Assembly (NCBI GenBank): GCA_009914755.4
Contig: CP086569.2
Coordinates: 7,552,001-7,616,000, forward strand
Reading direction: 5' to 3'
Length of the DNA stretch: 64,000 nt
Source: the human T2T-CHM13v2.0 reference genome, Homo sapiens
The notes under the pieces were generated by a model. The model searched no databases. It was not told the DNA's origin and saw only the letters and a list, made by a program, of their open reading frames with translations. Position 1 is the first letter of the stretch, and every line of letters starts with the position of its first letter. Positions 1 to 13,299 of the stretch are shown here, piece after piece. Made by a program: the position numbers and the translations under genes.

Positions 1-589
1 CTTTTTACATTTCTAAGTCATCGTTTTGGTTAAATAAGTTATTTATGATAATCTGGAATTTTATTTCATAACATTAAGTGTTTTAAACCACTAACATGTA
101 ACATGCTTCTCAAAATCAATGTTTGTTATAAAATTGTCATTCTGAATTTCTGGCTTTTAGATGATACAGAGGGCCCATGGAGTATCCACAAGAGAGGCAA
201 ACAGGATTATATGACATGATTAGTTACATTAAATTGACAAAATGGTGTTCAATATTCTTTAGATGATGTTTTGGTGAGTAATGCTAGTACATGTTTTAAA
301 ACTGTTTGGGATTTCTAAAATTCTAATATCTGAAGTATATGCTATCAACCACAATTAAAGTTGTTATGTTAAGTTGTTGGAACCACAGAAATAAACAATT
401 TTTTTTTGTCAAAGAAATAGCCAAAATATTTTATCAATCATGTTTCTTACTGTAATTACCCTAGACATTTGTTATACACAGATAGTTCTTTTCCTGTTTT
501 GATTTTTTTCAAAAAAAGGATGAATCAGCTATAGAACTTTGCACAGATGCTCTCAAATACAGGTTTCTGATAACTTTGTAGATTTACAT

Positions 590-662
590 AAAAGTTAAAT
601 TAAAGTTAAAGTCAAATTAATTAAATTTGAAGTTAAAGTAAAATTAAAGTTAAAATTAAAGA
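590..662. repeat. AT-rich minisatellite, (AAAGTTAAAATTAAAGTTA)-like unit repeated about 4 times
   Basis: Direct reading: aaagttaaattaaagttaaagtcaaattaattaaatttgaagttaaagtaaaattaaagttaaaattaaag. Confidence 0.8.
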
Positions 663-3600
663 TTGTGATATTAGAAAACAGAAAAAATGTACAGGACTCA
701 TGGAGAGCTAAAATGTTCATGATTATGAAACAAAACAAGAGTTAACTGAACAGACTGGAAGAATAGAGAACCAAAATAATCTTTCTCACTTTTGCTTGTA
801 CCATTAATGATCATTGTATTGTTTATCATAGTCAAGGAAACATATTTTGAGTTTCTTATAGCCTTTAATGTTTGACTAAGTTGTACTCTTGTGACCAAAA
901 TTTAGAGCATGTTTTTCTCTCTCTGCCTGGCTTCTGCACAATTTGAAAAATAGTTGTGACTATTTTTAACTTTAGACAATGTATCTATTTGCATCAGTGC
1001 CATAATAATAACTTTTCTTTTACAACAGGACACAACTAAAAAAACTGATTGTTTTACCAAAGCCGTGACTAAAATGGTCTGCTTTCCTTTAAGGAGTCAA
1101 GTTCTACTTGCAGAGCCAATGAAAGTCCCTTGGAAGAACTGGGCTTATACCTTGTCTTCACAGTCCTTGCACAGGGTTCCTGATCTGTGGTAAGTAAAGA
1201 ATGAAACTTTCTGACAGGCCCAGTAGCTCCAAGTTTCTCTTGGGATCATAGCAGGAGATTACCCAAGTCATAATTAATTGATGATACAAGCCAATTGCTT
1301 GGCATGAATTTTGAAAGTCCTATCGGAAATTTCTTCTGGAACAGAGTTCCATCAAATCTAACATAAAAGACCTACGGATACAAAATTATTCTTGCTGCAC
1401 TTTATGCAAATAATTAGGCCCTATATAAGACTAAAGTTTATTTCACAAACAAATCAGTCCTATTGTGATTTGTCTTTTTAAATTAGAGGACTGGACAGAG
1501 AAAGATTATGTATCAAAACTCACTATGCATTTGTCATTAAATTTTAAAACCATGAGTTTGAATTTTTGCCCACATTTTAGATCAACCATGCTTGTTCCTG
1601 TGAAATAACTTGCAATCTTCAACTGCAGCTCAGAAGAAACAAAAAGGGATGAGTAATGTAAAAGTCTGGTTTAATATTCTGGTTCTGGGCAGTTATCCTG
1701 CAAATTTTTCAGGTAGTGAAAATAAATAGGATGCCCACCCACATCTTAGCAAGTTTAACTATTGTCACTAGTTATCTGGGTTTGTCACAAGACATTTTTA
1801 TTTTCTCTTCCTGTGGAAAGAGGACTAAATTCCACAACTTTATCTTAGCATTCAGCTATTAATAAGGAGTCCGTGCAATCCCCTGAGAAACATTTTTGTC
1901 CCAACCTCAATTCCTAGCCTCAAGTTGAAGTCCTAAGAAAGTATACTGGAGCTGAGAAACCCAGAAGTAGATGATTATGGGGGTTAAAATTCACAGTGGA
2001 GGAGAGCATGACTAATTCCAGTGGATTAAGCCAAGCCTCACATTTCATGGATAAAGGTCATGATACTATCTGTTACGTAAATGAGATCTAGTGAACTCCA
2101 GAACTACTGACAGCAGGGGAGATATGACATATGTAGGTAACAGCAGATATTTCCACCCCCAACAGGGGTCCATGTTAACATGAGTGAAAGCTGCTTTGAC
2201 ATCCATGGGTTGCACCCTATCACAATCACTGGGATTTGAGGATACAAGGATGCAAGGGGGAAAGACAACATTCCTTCTTCTATCTCTCAACATACACTGG
2301 ATATTTGGTAGAAAGATAAAGGAATCAGGAATACCTTCTCTCTCTTTCTAGATGTGTAGTCATTCATTTTCAGTCTATATTCCTTTTAAATGCATCCTAA
2401 AATTTTGGGCCTCCTTTGAAAAAGTGCTTACTTTTTACCTTTTTTTCTCCTCTGTCCTCTGTTTATAGACAGGTATTCATGTCTTTATACTACGGGACAG
2501 TCACCTCAGATGCATCCTAGAAGTTTGGAATAGTTAATTTCCCAAAGCTTAGACTGGTTGGCTTAGCTTAGGATTGGACTCAGGACAGAGGAACACAGAA
2601 GCCAGACATGCTTGCAAAAGGGTAAAAAAAAAAAAAAGTTTCTTTTGAAGTTGTGCTTTCATTGCCCTTCTTCCTGTGCAAACTGGAAAAAATATCTTGG
2701 AATTTTTGCGCTGTACTTTACACCTTCTCCTTGTTTCATTTTAATGCATGTTTTTTAATAACCCAGTTTGATTCTTCTCACATTTAGGCTACCAAACTTC
2801 TGACACTCATGCCACCAGAGGCTCAGACAAGTCCCCTTTCACTAGAGACATTTAGGTAGGGATTTTAGGAAAAACTGACTGCTGGTTTTCCAAAACAGTG
2901 CCCCCTGTTAGCAGGAAGCTCTTAAAAGTGGTGTTTGTCCTGATCCTTCTCCTTATTCTAATGGCAGTTAGATATACCTCTTTATATGGGGAACTTACAG
3001 AGTTAGAAAACAGCCAAATGGTCCTGGGTGAAACCCCACCTTCAAGCCTAAAACACCATAATGACTGAAAAATCAGACTGCTTCTCCTGGAGGAAGCCAC
3101 CCTTTTTTCAACCAATTCATTCTGAATAATGTCCACCTCCACAATGGGGGAAGTGATTGGAGCCATGGAGCCACGGAGTGTTCACTCTTGTTCAAGGAGA
3201 AGACTGGCCTCTGCAGTTCTTGTGTTACAGTTTAGTGTTAATCTACCTGGAAGGTGGGGCCTCCTCCTAGGACTCCCACTCACTTTGTTGACAGTTTATG
3301 TTTTCTTCTTTTTATCTTTTTACCCAATCAACTCTACTCCTCATCCTTCAGAGTATCCCTGAGCCTCATCTTCCACAGTCATGTGAGAAGAACCCAATTT
3401 TGCTGAAGTGAGGAGAAAGTTCTGCAAAATGAGGATTGTGAATCCTCATTTATGGTAAGCTGAGTATAAGCATGTGGATTTCTTTCTGGCTTCTCTTACT
3501 GGTTTCAACAATTATTTTTCTGTCTTTATGCCATCACCACACAATTTTGACTAATGTAACTTTGCAATATGTTTGGAAATACAAAACAATTATTCCTCTG

Positions 3601-3663
3601 AGATTTTTTTTAGGTTGTTTTCTTTCTTGTGGTTTTTTTGAGTGTTTATAGGGCAATATTTGT

Positions 3664-3920
3664 TGGCTCACTCCTGTAAATCCAGAACTTTGGGAAGCCA
3701 AGGTAGGTAGATTGCTTGAGTCCAGGAGTTTGAGACCAGCCTGGGAAATATAGTGAAACCCTGTCTCTTAAAAAAAAAAAAATACAAAAACTTTCTGAGC
3801 TTACTGGCGTTCACCTGCAGTTTCAGCACTTCTGAAGCTGTGGTGGGAGAATCAATTGAGCTTTAGACTTCAAGGATACAGTGAGCAATGATTATGACAC
3901 TACAGCCTGAGTGACACAGG
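3664..3920 (+). mobile_element. Alu SINE (5'-truncated by ~10 bp, old/diverged, internal A-rich linker at 3771-3783)
   Basis: ggctcactcctgtaaatccagaactttgggaagccaaggtaggtagattgcttgagtccaggagtttgagaccagcctggg...gtgaaaccctgtctc matches the Alu left monomer; the right monomer follows. Confidence 0.8.
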
Positions 3921-4299
3921 TAAATATTGATTCAAACATTTTATCATAATTTAGTATTTCTGCAAAAATTATCATTGTTTAAAGAGTTCTCACTGATGTG
4001 TAGATCACTTTGTATATCATTAATATCTAAAAATCTTGCATGTTCTAACTCTTGAAAAATAGTATGGTAAAGAATATATCTATTTTTCAAATACATGCAA
4101 ACATGCTAGTTTTGTTTTAACTTCCAGTTATATTTTACTGTAGTCAGAAATAATACTTTTTGTGAATACCATCTGTTTAAATATGCTAAAAATAGTATGC
4201 TACCTTAGAAGTTTGCCTATTTTAGAAAAGGTGTCATATGCAATTAGTAGTGTTATGTATTATGCTATTGTTGGGTAAAGTGTTTTGTAGATTAACTTA

Positions 4300-4795
4300 A
4301 CATCTCATTTCTCTGTTCAACATTTTTATTTCTTTGTGCATTTGTCATCTTTATTTTGTTTCTCTTTATTTTTATTTATTTTCATTTTTTCTGTTAATTT
4401 AATTTATATTATTTCTCGTTATATTCTCTTCATCTCCAATATACTCCAAGTTGTATCTTGTTTGTAGCAGTTTAATTTTATATTGTTACTTTTATTTATT
4501 TCTCTTCATATTCCTTCATATTAATTTTTCTTATTTAATTTTTATTTTTTCTTTATTCTGAAAATTTTTACTGCAAATTATTTCATTTCTGTTTATTTCT
4601 TTTTTGTATTTATTGTTTATCTTAATCTTAATTTTTATCTCACTGATTTAATTGCATTTCTCATTATTTTTCTCTATTTTATTTCAGTTTATTTTATTTG
4701 TCCTTACATTTTTCACTTATTTTACATTTATTTTTATATTTTATTTCTCTTGATTTTTCTTATGTATTTTTCTATATTTTGCTTTGTAAAACAGA
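4300..4795. repeat. T/AT-rich low-complexity tract (degenerate TTTATTT / TTCTC simple repeats)
   Basis: About 500 bp of tttatttt / ttatttc / tctctt runs with almost no G or C. Confidence 0.6.
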
Positions 4796-5199
4796 AGAGA
4801 TGAGATATTTTAGATTGGCCCAGCCATAGCAGTCAAGACTCGTGTTTGCTGGGGCTCTCTGACAGCTACTGTACCCTAGGAGTCTTCAATGAAAAGTATG
4901 ATCAGGGCATCCTAGCAAGACTGCTAAGATCCCTGGACAGATCTTCCATTGCTACAGGCCCATCTAGCATTCAGTGTCATGGGTCATTTCTGCTGCTTTC
5001 AGAAGGCCCCTGCAAGCCTCAGTGTTGCTAGGCCAAAGCCCTGACTGCCTCTTTGTTTGTGTCCCAATGGATCCCCCACACATAATCCAGGATCCTGACT
5101 GTTCTTTCTTTTTTCCCAGAACAGGGTCACACCCACTCCACTCCACATCAGAGCATATCTAGACCATAAGTGTGTCTTTGTGTTTTTAAAAAGAGTATC

Positions 5200-5474
<275 letters not shown>

Positions 5475-7439
5475 TGATTTTTTTTAATATATGTTCACTT
5501 GACATATAACTGATTTATTGTGAAAATATCAGCTTTATTGGTAGATACACATGCAAATTTCTGCAAAAATGCTAATGATGTTAGGAGATGACATTTCTAC
5601 ATTTCATCTGATGATTTCATGGTGTTGCTATTTTACTTTTTCCGGTCTTTATCTCTATATTTTCAATGGGAAAATCCTCAATGAAGAATCCTCAGTATGA
5701 TAGACAAAATGTTGTTTAATTGATCATTGATAGACGCAATGAGTTAACTTCTGGTTTTTACTTGGAGTTCTTACAGCTAGGATTAAAAACTCTTGGTTGT
5801 ATACTCACACGATGAGGAGTTATACTATGCTGTCCTCTTCTATACATTTGTCTGCTGTCACAACTTTTCGAACTTGCCAACGGAAATTGAGGAAAATTGT
5901 TTCCCTCAGACTTACTCATTTCCCTTTAGTAAATTTTAAAGTGGTGCATTATTTAGATTTCTTATAAGCTCATAATCACAGAGGCCATATTTGTCAATAG
6001 AAAGATTTCTTGCATCAGGATTAAGTAAAGGTGTTTAACAATCATGGCTTATGGTTCCTCCAGAGGCAAAATGGAGCTTAAAAACCATTACTGAAACAAA
6101 AAAGTAATAAAAGAAGTTGAGGGCTGCCCAGAGGATAAAGAAAAAAATGCTCCCTTTTACTTCCCAAGTGGTCACTGCTTATTTTGGCATTAATCTTGCT
6201 TCTGACCATGATGTGTTTCTTACTGATCTTTCTTGGTATTCCACTGATTGTGCATCTATAAAAAGAGGCCTGGATGAAAGTAGTAAAAAGAACAACTGCA
6301 TCCTTCTATAGCTGATACCTTGTTGAGCTGTGAAGCACATTGAGCAGAGTCTGAAATCCTTCCTCACTATGGGGTAAGTTGTGTCAAACTCAACACCAAT
6401 TGAAATGGCACAAGGATCAAGATGCCAAAGAAGAGACTCAGAACCAGTACATGAGATATGGACTTTTAGTGGAAACTTCTATAGAGGGCAGAAAGTACAG
6501 TGTCAATGGGCTTAACTGAATAACTGTGCCCACTTGCAAAAAGTCTGCAGTTTGTATAGCCTTTTTATCTGGCACTTTTTTCCTGAAGAAACTTTCACCT
6601 GTCAGCCTTCATTTAACAAAAATGGAATAGCCTCAATTCCATGTGTGGCCTGTGTTCCATGTCACAAGATGAGACAGAACAGATGCTCAGACATTCCTTA
6701 TAGATAAATAGTAATCTCCAGGTTGACTACAACTAGACTTTTTAGCACTGGAACTATGAACAATCAAAAGCATTTATTTATGCAGGGTCAGTATCCAGGT
6801 ATTCCCAAGTCAACACTGTCAGTTTTGTCCATCATACAGGCTGGGTCAGGCTGTGGAGTTTCTTCTTCCTGAGATTCTAGATTCAAAATAGTTTTTGCTT
6901 TTACTTGAATTTTTGAGTTGACAGGAGTTTATCTAAAAGGCCTGATGTATGTGAACTTTGCAGGTACAGTTGTATAAGTTAATGCGATGACTTTTTAGTT
7001 GGTAGAGTTTCTGTCTGTTACAGGTGTGACTGTGTGTTTACAGGTTGCTGAGGTGACCTTCTCCAGATTTTCATTGGACCGTGACATTCTGGAGCCCCAG
7101 TTCCACTATTTTCCAAGGTGGGACATGCTGAACCAGACCCTGAAATTGTGGTTCAGTGTGACCAGGCTGAGACTGACCTTTAAAAGAAAGAACTGCAAAG
7201 TTGGTGTCTTATTTTCCTTGTCATTCCAGTGTATCTTTTGGTAAAGAGACCAGAAAAGACTACTTTGGTATGGAGACCAGAAAAGAGAGAGTATGTGACA
7301 GCCCTCCTCATAGAGTGGTACTATTTATTCATGACTCCAAAGCGTCAAGAAAAGTTGAGAGAACTGTCTTCCTGGCACAGCCTGAGTAGGCTAGAGCACT
7401 GTGACCCTTAATACTTAGTTCATGTATTCTTCACAGAAA

Positions 7440-8300
7440 TTAAAAAAAATAGTATATGGGGGTAGAGAAATGGTTGGTACAAATAACAAGTTGCAGGTGA
7501 AATAATTGGAGACAGGAAGAGAATGGAATCTGCTTACACCAGTACACATACTGCCTAGGTGCTGCTGAACAGTCAAGTCAGTTCTCTGATTTGAGCCTTG
7601 TGTCTTGGAATTAACAGGCCCACTTCTGCTCTGGCCTGAGTGCTAAACTTTTTTGTTCTAGAATCAAATGTGAATTCTGGACTCTGGAATTCCAGTTGCG
7701 TTTCACAGGCCAGTGGATTAAGGAGGCCCAAATCAGCCCACAAAAGGGGTTGTGGATGGCTCTACCACAAATGACTGGTTGCTTTTGTGCCTACACTCAT
7801 GAAGAAGAGGCATCATCTTCCTCAAGGCAAGCCCAGAGAGATCTGAAGCGTACAGGTGCCAGTGAAGGAAAAAGGTAATGCCTCAGGCCATTGCTTTTGC
7901 CCCTCCTGTGTTGTGTCTTTGGAGGCTCTATTTGCTCATCCAAAAATGGGCAATGAAAGCCCCTCGGTGACTGGCTGCTCACCCCACATTTACCAGGCCA
8001 CTGCAGAGTGCCCACCCTGCAGCTCTAGGTACATCCTCTGCTTCAAAAAGCTGGGGAAACTCTGGGCTGAGTTAATAGCCCTGAGAGGGTTCTCCCACTC
8101 TGGGAGCACTCCTGCCCGCCCCTTTATATCCACGTGACAGCTGAGCATGTCTGCTATATGCCAACCTTATTGTCTGCTTTTGCCAAGCCCAGGGCTTCAC
8201 TGATTGGCTAGGGGAACGTGCTCACAGAAGCCCAGGTGAACTATCTATACTTTCTCCAATGCACAACCTCATGCAGGTGCCACCCAGGTTTTCTTTTAAA
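7440..8300 (+). repeat. Possible solo LTR or old ERV-derived fragment (unclassified)
   Basis: Non-coding block with LTR-like signatures (ccctttatatccacgtgacagctgagcatgtctgc TATA-like element; tgg...cca architecture) flanked by unique AT-rich DNA. I cannot match it to a named family from memory. Confidence 0.2.
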
Positions 8301-8687
8301 TTGTAATCTTAGGGGGTTAGAAGGCACTAAATTATTCACTAATAAGTCTTCTCTAACTTCTTGACTAATAAATCAATAAGTCAATGGGAAAAGATGGGTG
8401 TGGGCCTTGATATTCTTAATCTCCTTCCTCTAGTGGGACTGAATTGGGGTTGTCATCCTGATTTCTTTTTCAAAAAAGCTAGCAAGTGAGGCGGGACTCA
8501 AGGTCCAGGAACAGTACCAAACTCCTAGGCTGGAGTCGCGCAGGGCCTTCTGAGGTCCCTGCAGATAGGAGGCCTTAGTGGAGGTCCAGCTCCCTTTTCT
8601 AGGATGATAACTATGGACCCTTCCTGAAACACCAAGGAGGGCCTACTCTTTCTGCAAATTGCAATCTCTGGTTTCTGAGGGGTGAGA

Positions 8688-8747
8688 CTGTGTGTATGTG
8701 TGTATGTGTGTGTATGTGTGTGTATGTGTGTGTGTGAGTGTGTGTGG
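8688..8747. repeat. (TGTGTGTA)n / (TG)n simple repeat
   Basis: tgtgtgtatgtgtgtgtatgtgtgtgtatgtgtgtgtatgtgtgtgtgtgagtgtgtgtgg. Confidence 0.95.
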
Positions 8748-10045
8748 ACATGGCCTTCTGCTTCATTTCCAGGGGTTGTTTCCCTAGAAGAAATTCCTAG
8801 GGAATCTTGAGACTGTGCTGGAGGTTGTCATACTGCCAAAGTCAGTAAGAGTGTCTCAAGGCTATAATTAATATGTTTTCTGCACATTATTTTGTCAAGA
8901 TTACTTTTGCCAAATAATGTGTAAAAAAAAGTTGTTTATCCTTTACATTATTTTAATTAGGTCATCAAACAAACCTTTTATTTTCTTCAAATTTATTTTC
9001 AAGACACTTATTTAATTTTTGTTTTCTTCTTTGTTCAAATTGTTACCTGATTTAGAGCCAAATATTTAAAGAATGTGATACACAAATACTAAAAAGTGAC
9101 AACAATTTATTTGAGATGTAATTAAATTTCTTAAATTAGTAAATAATTTCAATAAACTTAGTTTATGTTACTTATATAAATTATTTTTCATCTTATCCTT
9201 AATCTTAAAAAAATTTAGCTAGGTACACAATTCAAAATTGAGGGATGATTTAAATAGGCAACTTAAAAATATTTTATTAGACATGTTGAGTAGTTTAATT
9301 CTCAAATATTTTTTCTTAGAAACCAATATACTTGACAATTGATATTGATAGTATCTACATAAGTGGCATTATAAACATGCTTTTATAGTTTCCAAAATTT
9401 TAGAAGAAAAAAATCTATTCTTGTCTTCATCAGTAAAACTTTAAGATTACAGCAATGAGATTATGTTGACCGGCTAAATTACCCACAAAAAACTGAAACA
9501 GATTAATTTACTTACTCTGTATCTTTCAGTATCTGATAATGAACAGATTTTAAGAGGCTCAGAATCTGCTTCAGTATAGAAATAAAGCCAAACAACTCTT
9601 CTGAAAGAATTATTAAAAATTTACAGAAAAAATTGATTATTTATAATATTTAAAAAATTGCCCAATTCATAGTTCAAAAAATACCATTCTTACTGTGTTT
9701 TACTACTGGCAGAAGGTGTGTTTTCTTAATGACCTGACACAACATAACCACTCTTTGTATATTATTTAATTGCCCAAAATCTACCCAGAACTGAAGGCTA
9801 ATTCTGCCAGTTCCTAAAAAGACAGTTTTCAGACACAAAACCATTTTCATTTAGGCTTGTTGCCTACATTGACCTTCCAGTAATGTCTGCCAGAACTACA
9901 CTTCTAAGAGCCCAGGAGAGTAGGGCAGAAATAAAGACTCCTTGGGTTATAACAAATATTTGGTTTTGTTCTTCCATATCACACAGTATTTCTATCCTCA
10001 GAGACAATAAGTTGAGGATGTGCTGTGTCAAGATCTACAATCAAG

Positions 10046-11075
10046 GCAAGGTGTAGTGGCTCATGTCTGTAATCTTAGCACTTTAGGGTGCCAAGGTGGG
10101 CAGATCACAAGGTTAGGAGATCAAGACCATCTTGCCTAAAACGGTGAAACCTCATCTCTACTAACTGGCCATCAGAGAAATGCAAATCAAAACCACAATG
10201 AGATACCATCTCACACCAGTTAGAATGGCAATCATTAAAAAGTCAGGAAACAACAGGTGCTGGAGAGGATGTGGAGAAATAAGAACACTTTTACACTGTT
10301 AGTGGGACTGTAAACTAGTTCACCCATTGTGGAAGTCAGTGTGGCGATTCCTCAGGGATCTAGAACTAGAAATCCCATTTGACCCAGCCATCCCATTACT
10401 GGGTGTATACACAAAGGACTATAAATCATGCTGCTATAAGGACACATGCACACGTATGTTTATTGTGGCACTATTCACAATAGCAAGGACTTGGGACCAA
10501 CCCAAATATCCAACAATGATAGGCTGGATTAAGAAAATGTGGCACATATACACCATGGAATACTATGCAGCCATAAAAAATGATGAGTTCATGTCCTTTG
10601 TAGGGACATGGATGAAACTGGAAATCATAATTCTCAGTAAACTATCACAAGGACAGAAAACCAAACAACACATGTTCTCACTCATAGGTGGGAATTGAAC
10701 AATGAGAACACGTGGATACAGGAAGGGGAACTTCACACTCTGGGGACTGTTGTGGGGTGGGGGGAGGGGGGAGGGATAGCATTAGGAGGTATACCTAATG
10801 CTAAATGATGAGTTAATGGGTGCATCACACCAGCATGGCACATGTATACATATGTAACTAACCTGCACATTGTGCACATGTACCCTAAAGTATAATAATA
10901 ACAATAAAAAAAAATACAAAGAATTAGCTGGGCTTGGTGGAGGGTGCCCGTATTCTCAACTACTTAGTATGCTGAGGCAGGAGAATCAAACCTCGGAGAC
11001 AGAGGTTGCAGATTGTACCATTGCACTACAGCCTGGGTGACAGATGGAGACTCCAACTCAAAGGAAAAAAAAAAC
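10046..11075 (+). mobile_element. Alu SINE (+) split in two by a nested L1 insertion (Alu parts 10046-10164 and 10911-11075)
   Basis: Left part ggcaaggtgtagtggctcatgtctgtaatc...ggtgaaacctcatctctactaa. Right part resumes exactly where the Alu consensus continues: aaaatacaaagaattagctgggcttggtgg...cactacagcctgggtgacag...aaaggaaaaaaaaaa. Confidence 0.8.
10165..10910 (+). mobile_element. LINE-1 3' end (L1PA-like: ORF2 C-terminus, 3'UTR and poly-A), 5'-truncated, nested in the Alu
   Basis: ORF 10327..10698 translates to MWKSVWRFLRDLELEIPFDPAIPLLG...MEYYAAIKNDEFMSFVGTWMKLE..., which is the canonical L1 ORF2p C-terminus. This is followed by the typical 3'UTR (gggagggatagcattaggag...tacatatgtaactaacctgcacattgtgcacatgtaccctaaa) and poly-A. 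Confidence 0.9.
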
Positions 11076-12937
11076 AACAACCTAGAGTTAAATGTAAAAA
11101 AATGGAGTGATAATTCTGTCTAAGCCAGAATATAGAGGGGGAAGACTAATACCATGTTTTGTTAATCTAAATGAAAAGACTACAGGACATTTTAGGTTTC
11201 AATATCTGTTCTGAATACCCTTAACATGTGTCAGCCATTCCATAGGCTTACCATCTGCCCTCCTTAGTAAATGTTCAAATGTAGAAACATAAATGTTCAA
11301 ATGTAGAAACATAAACCAAAAAAAATACAAGTTTTTTATTCAATTATGCACTCTTCCTGTGAACAATTAATGTCATTTCTTTACTACAGCTATTGTTAAT
11401 TTTTCACCTGAGACAACAGGCTAATTTCAGAAAGAATATTTATTTCTAATTATGTAGCTTCTATTACATAGCTAATTTTGTTTTTTTTTACTTCATGTAT
11501 ATGCCAAAAAGACTGTATGACTTATAAAACATTCAACTATTCACTTGAATGAATTGGTCCTTTACATTTAATAAACTCATTTATATAAATTTTATAAAAT
11601 AAAATGAATTATAACTAACCAAAAAATGGATTAATAGGATTTTTAATTGAAACAACTTATAAAATGTACTAAATAAATAACATACAGTAATACACTGTGA
11701 AATTACTCATATATGAAAATTATTTTGTGAACACCATTAAATTTTATCAAAGCTATTTTCATAATCTGCGAGGAAATTATACAAATAATGTTTTATAAAA
11801 TTAAACAAACACCAAATTGTGTATTATATTTATGGGTAACAACATGCAAACTGATATAAAAAAAGAATTTGCACAAGATGTTTCTAAGCCAGCAGCAATG
11901 ACATTTTAGATAAATAAATTTAATACAAAGCAGAGAAAATAAATTTGCTTTCAAAATCTTTGAAGATTTTGGTTTGCTGATAATTTAGTGCTCGTAAAAT
12001 TGTTTCATTATAATATTTTTCTTGTAAAATTAGGTACACGATCATAAAAAATATGATTATTCTTTATAAATCTGTTACACCTAAAGTTCATTTTACAGTG
12101 ATAGATTTGTATATTTAAATCCATGTAAACCAAAACTGAAGATGTGTATATGTTTAGCAGACCAGAGAAGTTGTATTTCCAAAAAAAAGTGGGATAAAAT
12201 TTTGTAAATAGTTGTTCAGAATCCCAAAACATATATTTCCATTATATTCATAATCTTCATTGCAACCATCATAATAATCTGTAGTTACAAGAAAAACAAA
12301 AATGTAAGTGGTAGAAACCATATTCTCCACATTATTTTCAGTTAAAGACCACAACAAAGTAATCACTAGAGATGTTATTCCACTGTCACCCAATAGTACA
12401 TTGTTACCATCTGTTACCTACAACCTTGTGTAAAATGGGATAAGTTAACATCAGTGGCAAGATACACATTCAATGTTAAATAGCCTTAATACAATAATAA
12501 CAATTTTGATTTATTACAACAAATTAAGTTCACACTTGTCATTAAAAAGGACTTTTTAAATTAACTGTATTTTAATTACCTTAATTTGCAAATGGTAAAG
12601 CAATTTCCTTCTAAAATTCGTATTGTTTCTCTTACTGTGTATAATATTAACGTGATCACTTAACAGACTCCTGTCATCCTGACACTTATAATACTGCTGC
12701 AAACCAACCACTAAGTGACATTTCTACTTAGATTTTCTTCATGTATCTTAGATTTCACTTTCCTTAATCTTCCATAGAAAAGAATGTAAATTTATCTATA
12801 TAATATAGAAAACCTCTCATAACTCTGGTACAGCAATCATTGAACATGTTCTTTCATGTAAATTCTATAAATGAAGAGATCATCAAATGTATGAGTTAAA
12901 TTACATCAATAATTGCTTTAAAAATTACATTATATTT

Positions 12938-13222
<285 letters not shown>

Positions 13223-13299
13223 GACCTAATTTCTTTTAAAATAGTTAATTAGGTTTCTTTTAGAGAAAAGTAATCAAGATTGCCAACTAGAAACTTCTA

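Noticed and set aside
2850-3460. Possible MaLR/THE1-like LTR fragment (ccacaatgggggaagtgattggagccatggagcc…)
   Set aside because: The resemblance to THE1/MST consensus is only impressionistic, so it is left unannotated.
10327-10698. 123-aa ORF (MWKSVWRFLRDLELEIPFDPAIPLLG…)
   Set aside because: It is the C-terminus of L1 ORF2p within a 5'-truncated L1 3' end, not a host gene.
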